DNA of 64,000 nucleotides from Clostridia bacterium (GTDB lineage: Bacteria > Bacillota > Clostridia > Christensenellales > UBA1242): contig CAAGAD010000005.1 in NCBI GenBank assembly GCA_900767715.1, forward strand, positions 19,697 to 83,696. Direction: 5' to 3'. A program made the position numbers and the translations under genes. This document shows, piece by piece, positions 15,924 through 25,600 of the stretch (position 1 is the stretch's first letter; each line of letters opens with the position of its first letter). A model generated the notes under the pieces. That model did no database searches and was not told where the DNA came from. It saw nothing but the letters and a program-made list of their open reading frames with translations.

Positions 15924-16255
15924 TTTATTTTACCTCTCAACTTTATAAATTGAGTATATAATAATTTGCAAAAATAATCAAGCGAACTAGTTAAATATTT
16001 TTTACATAAAAATAATCCGCAGATAAATACGACAAAAAATATTAAATAATAATAACCATAAAAATATTTATTTAATAAAAATATTAATAAAAAACCGCAA
16101 AAAATAGTGAAAAAACTATCTAAAAATACGGAAATTATATTTTTTTTCAATTTATTTTTAATTTTATTATTAATTTGAAAAATAAATCCGCAAATAATTC
16201 CTGCGAATAAACAAATTAAAATAATATTTATTTGTTGATTTAAATTATGTAACAT
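15875..16255 (-). CDS. yabQ: YabQ-like spore cortex biosynthesis family membrane protein
   Basis: 126 aa, 4 TM. The start overlaps the yabP stop (TAATG). It lies immediately downstream of yabP as in sporeformers. Coding DNA is extremely AT-rich. Confidence 0.55.
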   Translation of the reverse strand: MLHNLNQQINIILICLFAGIICGFIFQINNKIKNKLKKNIISVFLDSFFTIFCGFLLIFLLNKYFYGYYYLIFFVVFICGLFLCKKYLTSSLDYFCKLLYTQFIKLRGKIKCKKKTQKNSPDSSLS

Positions 16256-16530
16256 TATTTAAATAATCTTTTTAGAAAACTGGAATTTTTGTCACCATAT
16301 TTAAAACTGACAAAATCGCCTTTGAGTTCAATTTCGCCTTTGTCTAATTCTAGGCTCACTAGTTGAATGTCTTTGCCGTAGGCTTGCAACACTCCCATAT
16401 TGGTTTCCAGTTGCGCAAGGTCGTCTTTTACGCTAATCACTTTCGTTACGCCGGTGAGTGTAAGTTTGTTGCGATTTTGCAAAGTGAAAGTTTGAGTTTG
16501 ACTAATTACTTTCTTTTCATTTTCGCTCAT
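16255..16530 (-). CDS. yabP: YabP family sporulation protein
   Basis: 91 aa. FTLQNRNKLTLTGVTKVISVKDDLAQLETNMGVLQAYGKDIQLVSLELDKGEIELKG matches the YabP repeat architecture. Confidence 0.75.
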   Translation of the reverse strand: MSENEKKVISQTQTFTLQNRNKLTLTGVTKVISVKDDLAQLETNMGVLQAYGKDIQLVSLELDKGEIELKGDFVSFKYGDKNSSFLKRLFK

Positions 16531-16697
16531 AAATTCTCCTTTATTTAATGTATGAAAAATTCAATAAAAAAAGAATTAAATAAAAATTTGAAGGCAACAT
16601 TTATTTAATTTTTTCGCGCCAAAATATTTGCTTTTAAATTGATATATATATTATAATATAATTATAAAATTAGTACAAAATACATAAGAGGAAAACG

Positions 16698-19600
16698 ATG
16701 AAAAAAGCCCTACGAATTTTATTGTTGGTATTAGTCGCTTGCACGAGCGTTTTGTTTGCTTCGTGCGATTCAGTGTACTCGAAACTGTCGTTTAAAATTT
16801 TTGATAACGATGTGGAGATAAAGGCGGACGACACAGTGTCACTCACCATTGACCCGACCGATGTGTCAAAGGCGAGCAAGGACTTGACGGTCACGCTTTC
16901 GGGACTAGGCAAAAAAGCCAATCACGATATCGTAGCTTACACAGTGCCGACCGAACTCGCCAACGTCAGCGCAAGGTCTATCGCTGACGCCCGCGTCACA
17001 CTCACCATCACTGCCGTCAATGGCGGTGCAGGACAACTCATCGTTAAATCTGCGGGTGATTCTAGCAAGCAAACTAGTCGCCCAATAATTATTGAAAAGA
17101 AAGTTCAGTCCATTTCGACTGGCGACAAAACAAATTATTTGTTAATGCTCACAAGGGGCAAAAACACTTTTGAGATTCCAAACAACGCATTTAGAATTTT
17201 GCCACAAGGTGCAACAGACGAAATTGAATACAGATTCTATGGCAGTCACGACGGCGCTAGCCTTGAAGGTAATGTCTTGACAGTGGAATCCACCACGCGT
17301 GAATCAAGGCTTATAATTTACGCCACTGCCAACAACAAAAACGTTGACGGCACAAGTTTTATCACAGTTGACCTAATCGTTCGACCAGAAAGCATTACCA
17401 TTCAAACTAACCGCTCGAATAGTTCGCGCGTTTTGGAGAACTTGGCTTCGACCGATAAGTCGGTTGCCACATCAAAACTCACCTTGGTGAGCAATGCAAT
17501 CGACAAGGTTGGCAGTTCAAATTATACCGACACCTATTTCAATCAAGTGGTTGTCAATGCTCTTGCCAAATACAATGGTTCAACTGAATTGCAAAAATTG
17601 CCAGCAGATTTCAATATCTCGGCATACATATACACGCTCATCAATGGCAACAAGGTGCGCAATGATGTGGTTGCGGAAATTGTGCCTAACGGAGACAGTT
17701 CGTTCGTCATCACCGCGCTTGCCAATACTAGTGCCGGCTCGACAAAAACATATTTACACATCGACATCATCATTGCGGGTCACGAGAACGAATATGTCAA
17801 CGAGTTTGCGCTTGACGACATCGAATTTGAGGTCATCAGTGCGCCTACCGATTTTGTAGTCAAGGCTGACGGCGAAGCGCTCGAACTGGAAAATGAAACC
17901 GGTGTGGACGGCAACCCAATCAAGAATCAGTTTGTAACGACCAACATTCTTTATGATAGTTATAGTTACGCATACGGCTCGCGCTACAATGTGTCAATCT
18001 TGCCATCGAACAGCGCGTTGACCGACTATTTCGGTTACAGACTCCGCGTAAAGACAAACCTTTTGACTGACAAAAACCTTTACGGCGCAACACTCGGCAA
18101 CAAATATAGCCTAGTGTTCACTAATATGGTGGGAGAATATATCTCGTTCGTTGAAATGGGCAATAGCGAATACGCAATCAGCAGTACGATTTCAAAAGAC
18201 GACCTTTTCTTCGTCAAATACCAAATCAATGCGGGCGATTTCGATGTGATTAGAAACCTTGAACTATATATCGAAACTGACAACACGCTGTATGACACTA
18301 ACAACAAGACGGTATTTGAATATCTGCCTAATGTCAGCCTAAACATCCGCTTTGACATTCGCCGTGGCGTCACGGAAATGACGTTTGTGGAAAACGACAA
18401 CAAAGCCAACGGTGTAATCATTCTCAACATCAACGAAATGTCCTACCCAACAGTTGACTTACACGTGCTCAATGTAGATGGACAAGTTACGACTGACATA
18501 GGACTCAAAGAATGTCTTATCACAATCAGCACGGACAGCGACGCGATAATGCTTTTGAAGAACGGAAAGGAAGGCAGGAGTTTTGATTACGAAGGCAGTG
18601 CCGGTGAAAACATCATCAGCATTATGCCAAAAGATGTGGGCGAATACACAATCACCGCTCGCAGTGACAACGGAATCGTGACGAAACTGAAAATCTTTGT
18701 TTATGAACCTTTCGACAGCGACAAAGTGGAAATCGACGACCCAACGCTCATCTATGGCTCATTGCAGAGTGTGACCGACGAAACGCATTTTGACGTCGCA
18801 GTGAACAGCCGACTGAAATTTGGCTATAAACTCACCGACAAAAACGCGAAGTTTAGGTCGCAAGTAAGTTACGAACTGGCAAGCGGTGGTGCAAACGTTG
18901 TTGAAGCCACAATCACTGAATCGGGCGTGTTTGACGCACTTTATGCTACGCATAGCACCAATTTTGTCGAGGATAAGCGTTATATCAGTGTAAAGGTGGA
19001 AGTGGCAGGCGCAACCAGTTATGAAGAAACAGACAACGGCTTCCAAGTTAAAGATTATGTCGCCAAGACAAAAACCTATTACATATTCATCTACACACCA
19101 ATTAGAAGTTTCAACCTTGACAGATACACAGCCACGGCGTACGACGCCAACACTTTAGGCTATTACAACCGCGACAAAGCGCAACTCAGTTTCCAAGCCA
19201 CGATTTACCCAGCCAATGCCTACCTAGACGCTCCACTCGTGTGGGAAACATCTAGTTCAAAGATTTTGGCTAGACAAATCTCCATTGCCAACCAAACGGC
19301 GACCTACGAGTTTAGTCTGCCAGAGCAGAGTGAAGATGTGACGACATCGTCAAAAATCAATGTATATGCGTCTGTGAAGCAATACGGCAGAGAGTTTAAA
19401 GCGGTTTGTGAAGTGACCGTAAGCAAAGTGACTCAATCGCAAAACATCATCTTTGAACAAGGCTTCAAGACTACGCAAGTTGACGCGAAACGCCTAAAAA
19501 CGCTTACTTTCAAGGCAAGCAACGGACTTAACACCGAATTGGATTTAGACAATATCAACGTTGACAACTGCGTCAACACAAAGACAATTTTGGCGTCCGT

Positions 19601-22600
19601 TTACCCATACAACAAGGTCTTTGATAAAGAGATGTTGTACTTCATCTGCAAAAACAGTTTGACCGCAACAGACAAAAAGGTGACCGACATTGCGGTTTTG
19701 TCGGGTAACACAATCATACCGGTGGGCGCAGGTTGCGTTTCGGTAATCGTCGTGCCACGTGACGCGCTAATGGGCGCATACAGCGCGGGTGACGGCGGTC
19801 TGGACAGCATTGTGCGTCGCAATCCAACCACAAACAAGCCAATTTATGAAGAAATTATCATCAAAGTGGAAGACGGCAGTCCAGAAAACCCATACAGTTT
19901 GCAGTCAGTGCAAGATGTGGTCAACATCAACAACATTGAGGGTTTGAAATCGCATTATGTATTGCTCAACGACATTGATTTCAATGGACGAGCAATCACT
20001 CCACTTGGCATAATCGGCAACCAAACCTACCAATTCACAGGCTCAATCAATGGTCTTGGTTACGGCATATATAATGTCGGCTTGACCGAAAAGAACGGCT
20101 ACACCGGACTATTTGCCATTATCGGTGAAAAGCAGAGTGATGACCGCATTCCAACCATCCAAAATACCGGATTTAGTTTCATTCTTGACAAAGACAACGA
20201 TAGACTTGAAGGCTCGAAATATTATGGCGGGCTTGCCGGTTTGAACTATGGTTTTATCGATAATTGTACCTTTAAATTAACGGGCAGATTTAATGCTCAA
20301 CTCAACAATGCAATCGTCAGCCTTGGCGCGATTACTGGCGTGAACTATGGCACAATTAACCTTTCAAACAAGGCTGTAGGCGTGGAAAATACCTTGGTGC
20401 TCAACATCACTGACGCAGAGCAGACCCAAGCGCAATACGACACCTATTTCGGTGGGGTAGTCGGTCTAAACTATGGTCAAATATTCGGCTATTATATGTC
20501 ACAAAGTGCCTTTGAAGGCTTCAAAACGCAGAATAACATAACGGCAGATAGTGAATTGACTTTTGAAACAATGGCTAATTTCACTATTGCGTACGAATCT
20601 AACCTTGACAATATGTACGGCAACGAAGGTATGACTGCTGTCGTTGATGTGGTTGCTAATATCAACACTGTCAGCAAAATGGCATTCGGCGCGCTCGTGG
20701 GCAAGAACCATGCATTCATCGTGGGGGCAATCACCACAGGCAGAATAACGGGCATCAAGAACATCGGCGGACTGGTGGGCGAGAACAATGGCGGAACATT
20801 GATTTACTCGTTTGCCAATGTGGATATTTCCGCCAACAACACAATTGCGGGCGTAACAGCCGTTGATATGAATGGCGTCTATTACCACGTAAATAGCGAA
20901 TATTATTTCAACGAAGACAATGACATTCAAATCAGCCAAAAATACGCCAACTTGCAGGGCTACAACAATATCGCAGGCTTCATAGCCAAAGCAACCGGCT
21001 CGGCTATCAGTTACAGTTATGTGGCTTCATATAAGGGTAATTTGCAGGGCAAAAAATGGTCGTACGACAATTACTATGCTGACATAGTTTTGCTCGAAAA
21101 TACCAGCACTGACGTCAAAAACGTGGCTGGATTTATAGCAGTTGCGGACGGCGTGACTGTGCAAAATTCCACTGCCAGCGTAAGTATTGTAGTACAGAAT
21201 CAAGCACCAACAGAAGCAACAAAAGTTAATGTTTCCACCTTTATTGCAACGCTTGACGCACACTTGACCGAAATGGTCAACGGTTACGTTAAAGGTAAAA
21301 TTCATCTTGAACAGACAATGTCCGGCAATGCGGAGTTTTCGCTAAACGGCATTACCAGCGCACACACCGGTGATGGTGGCATTTCGATTGAATTCGTCTA
21401 TACAATGGTCGAGTTTGATTACAGCACACTCATTGGCGCAGTGCACAATCACATTTCCGCTTTGGATATTAGTGGCGAATATTATTACATCAACGTCAAC
21501 ACCAACGCAATCTACAATAGCAACAACGATGAAGTAGATAATATGGAACTGAACGACGCCTTTGTGGGCAAGACTCAGCCAGACAATGACACGCATTTCA
21601 TTCACGATGACAACAATTTGGTGAACAATGGTTTCCCAATCTTGCGCACGGTGAAGAATGCGGACAATGACACCGCTTTGGGTGAAGAGGCAGTATCGAA
21701 TATTGATGTAGTTTTGAATACGTCAAACATACTCTATGTCGGCGCGTCAAACAAGCCGGTGCGTGCACATAAATTGGCTGATGACAGCGTGATTCTCACT
21801 AGGTACAACTTGCAAAACTTGATTGCCAAGAGCGACACGGATAGAGCGGACAGTTACTATCTCGGCTACGATTCGGCAAGAATCAATAGTTTCAAGATAA
21901 ATGACATCATTTCCACCACAGTGACCCCAGCCAGCACACGTACGAAGTCCGTTATCGTAAAATCAAGCAACGAGCAAGTTGTCAAGGTTTCCAACGGCAC
22001 AATCGTACTAGTCGGCAACGGACAAGTGAAGTTGAAAGTAATGAGCAAACTCAACAACTCGGTGTTTAAAGAAATCCACATTTCTGTTGAAAACGCGGTG
22101 GATAACTTTGAGTTATATCAAAACACCAATTTCTCATCTGGCACATCAAAACTCACTAACACGCTCAACATTGGTGTGAAGAAATCTAAAAACATTATTC
22201 CGCGTTTCAGCGAACAATTAAAACTTGACGCTAACGACACATCTGCATACTATGGCAACAATGACTTGCTCATCTATGGTACTGACCAAGACACGATAAG
22301 CAACGAATATCGCAGTTATGCTTACGCAAAGAATAGCAATGCGGGTGTAATGTATTTGATTAGAAACAACAGCGAAAAATTCAACGAATATCTCACAATC
22401 AACGGTCTTGCGTGGCAGACGATTATATATAATGAGATATCTTATTATATGGTGCGCGTGGAAAACAATAGTCAGGCAGTCATTGAAGCGGGTAAGATGT
22501 ATTTGAACCACGACGGCATTGAAATCATCGCTTTGCCATACATTCGTGTAGGCACTACAAGTTTCGAATATTGCTTGCTTGACAGTTTGGCTCGCACATT

Positions 22601-25600
22601 CACAGTGAACACCTACAACGGCGCGACAGCGATTCACTCATCTGCGAATAGTCGCACAATCTCGCCACTTAATACGGCAACGGTTACCATCACGGTCAAC
22701 ACCGACTTTAACGGTGACGACGTCGTATTAATGCAGGACAATGATGAAATAGTGTTCAACGCAGATAACGTTTATGCCGGAATCGGCGACTTCACCATTG
22801 AAAAGAAGGTTATTCAATACGGAAGTTATGACGACCCATATATGATTGTCGAATACACTTTCCGTCCAACAGAAAAAGTAGTCACTTCGACAAAGACTTG
22901 GCAGTTTAGCGCTTATGCAAAGACGGATAGGTCACTTGACCCAGCCGTGTACAGTTTAACGCTTTGCCCACAAGAAGTTTTGCATCTGGCAATCGACAAC
23001 TATTATTCAGTCGTGCGCGAATACCTTGACGCAACGACCGGCGCAACCGAGTATGACTATCAAGAGCGCCAGACAGACAAAGTGATTCCGGGGCAGACCA
23101 CACTCTTGAAAGTGAATGTTTACCCGAGTTTCGCAGACTATGACTATATTGAAGTCATCAATAATTCAAGTTTGAAAGTTGTTATGCAACAAGTCTTGTA
23201 TGACACCAGTTGGCATAACGACAGACCAAGTCCTTACCGACTGACCAAATTTGAACCAATCTACACAAACAATTCAATTCGACTTTACAAATCTATTATC
23301 AACGCTTCTGGACAGGAAGAAACGGTCGATATCATTGACCAATATTATGTAAGAATGACACTTGCAAGTTCGGTGGCAGAAAACACCGTTTACGCAATAT
23401 CTGTCAAGGCGTACAAAGTCGTTGACGGACAGCGCGTTGACGTGACGGGCGACTTGAACGCAAGCATCAATCTTGTAGTACAAAACTTGCCTACAACATC
23501 AATGACCTACACAGACAGTTTGGGCAAAGAGTATTACAGCAGTCAAAATATGACTGAAACAATTAACATTGCCAATGGCGTAAACTTTGATGTAGCATAT
23601 AAAATCAGCACAACTGATGCAGACGTATCGTTTGACGTAGTGAACGGCGACGGCGTCGTGATAGATAATGGCGTGGTAATCAGCGAGAGAGCCAACTCAT
23701 TGCACATTACATTCAACACACCACTTGCTGTGAATGATTCATTCTTCATTCGCGCAACGAGCAAGAAGATTATCAACGGCAGTGAATATGAAACCAAGAC
23801 CTATCTCGGCTTCAAAGTGAGAATGTTTGTCGTGAATGGCATTAGTATTGTCAATTCACGCGACGGCATAATCTCTGGTCGATATGGCGAGAGTTATGAG
23901 TTGCAAGCAACGTTCGGCGACAATGACATAGTTGTGGCAGACGGAATCGACATTTTGTCACGCAAGACAGATTTGCTCAATAGAATCAACACCAAATGGC
24001 AGATTAGGAACGACGTTGACGCTTACCAAGACATCATTGTCGGTAGCATTTATAATATCGCGTTCGATAGACTCAGCGCGGGTTGGTTATTTATGACCAG
24101 CAATAGCGAAATCAACGTGTGCACGGCTAGGGTGTCGGCGCTCATCGAGTATGACGAAGACGGCATTCCACAAGTACTAGACATTGAGACGGCGGACAGT
24201 GTCGTCATTGAGGGAGAAACAGGATTTAGTTTCAGCCTTGTTGACTCACTCGAAACAATGATTCCTATCAGCACTCAAACCGAGTTCGAGTCGATGACCC
24301 AAGACAGAAGTTACATTCTAATGAATGACTTGACTTTGAGAAATTACAAGCCAATCGACGCGAACATGAATCAGTTCAATGGCAACTCATACACAATTAC
24401 AATCGAGAACTATGACATTGAGAGTTACTTTGGCGAAAACACCACACTCGGCAGTCTAGATTTAGGCTTGTTCAAGACGGTTAGCGCCAACACAATTGTT
24501 TCAAATGTGATATTGAATTTGCCACAGACCAGCCTAGACATCAAGAATGTAATCACCTTCAACTATGGTGGCATCGCAGTCACCAATGCCGGTATGATTA
24601 CAAACTGCGTTGTCAAGGCGGAATCTATTAGTGAAAAGACTTTGACTCCAACGCGCGGATTCATCAGCGAAAACTTGTTTATCGCCAGTGAAAATCGCAA
24701 CAACAACGGATTGTATTTCTATCAATCATCGCTCAACACTTCGGGTGAAGTGACGACGGTTACGAATGTCAATTTCGGCGGACTGGTATGCAACAATTCG
24801 GGCTTCATTACCAATAGCAAAGTGTTGCACAGTATTGTCGGTTTTGGCAATATTGCGGGCTTTGTATATTCAAATACGGGCGTTATCGCAAGCAGTAAAT
24901 ATCAGTATGGCGTCATCAAAAACCAAAGCGACCAAACAAGCGACTTTATGACGGCGGGCTTTGCAATTTCCAACTCGGGCACAATTCGCACGTCGTATGC
25001 GGAAGGCGAGTATTACAATAGTCCAACCGGCATTGAAACGTACGACCAATATTTGCGCAGTATGTTGGGTGGCATTGCGTGTGAAGTAGATGCCACTGGT
25101 TTCGTGTTCAACAACACGGGCAAAGTGGAAGATTGTTACAGCGATATGTACATTCGTTCCAATGGTATCATTTCGGGCTTCGTGTTCAACAACACGGGCA
25201 CGATTACACGCGCGTTCTCGACATCAAGTTTCATCACGAGTGAGGTGTTCGCTCCATTCGTAGGTATTGACGAAAAGACGCGAGAACCATTGTCCGCACC
25301 AGAAAACTTGATTGATTGCTATTATCTAGTTTCGGACAATATGCCAGACGTCAACGAACTGGCTCAACCACTCTATGTCAATTCGAGCGCGGGCGAGTAT
25401 GTGTCTAGCGTACAAAAATACTCTTCGTCAGTTCGCGACATAATCACGAAAACCACCGAGATAAAATCTGCGGACGGCAAAGTAAACAACTTTGAAAAAG
25501 AGTTTGGCAAGGAAACGACTAAACTCAGCGCAATGGTTGAAGACAACTATTTGCATTTCTTGTTCGACAAGAAAGTGAACAACATCTACACACTCAATGG

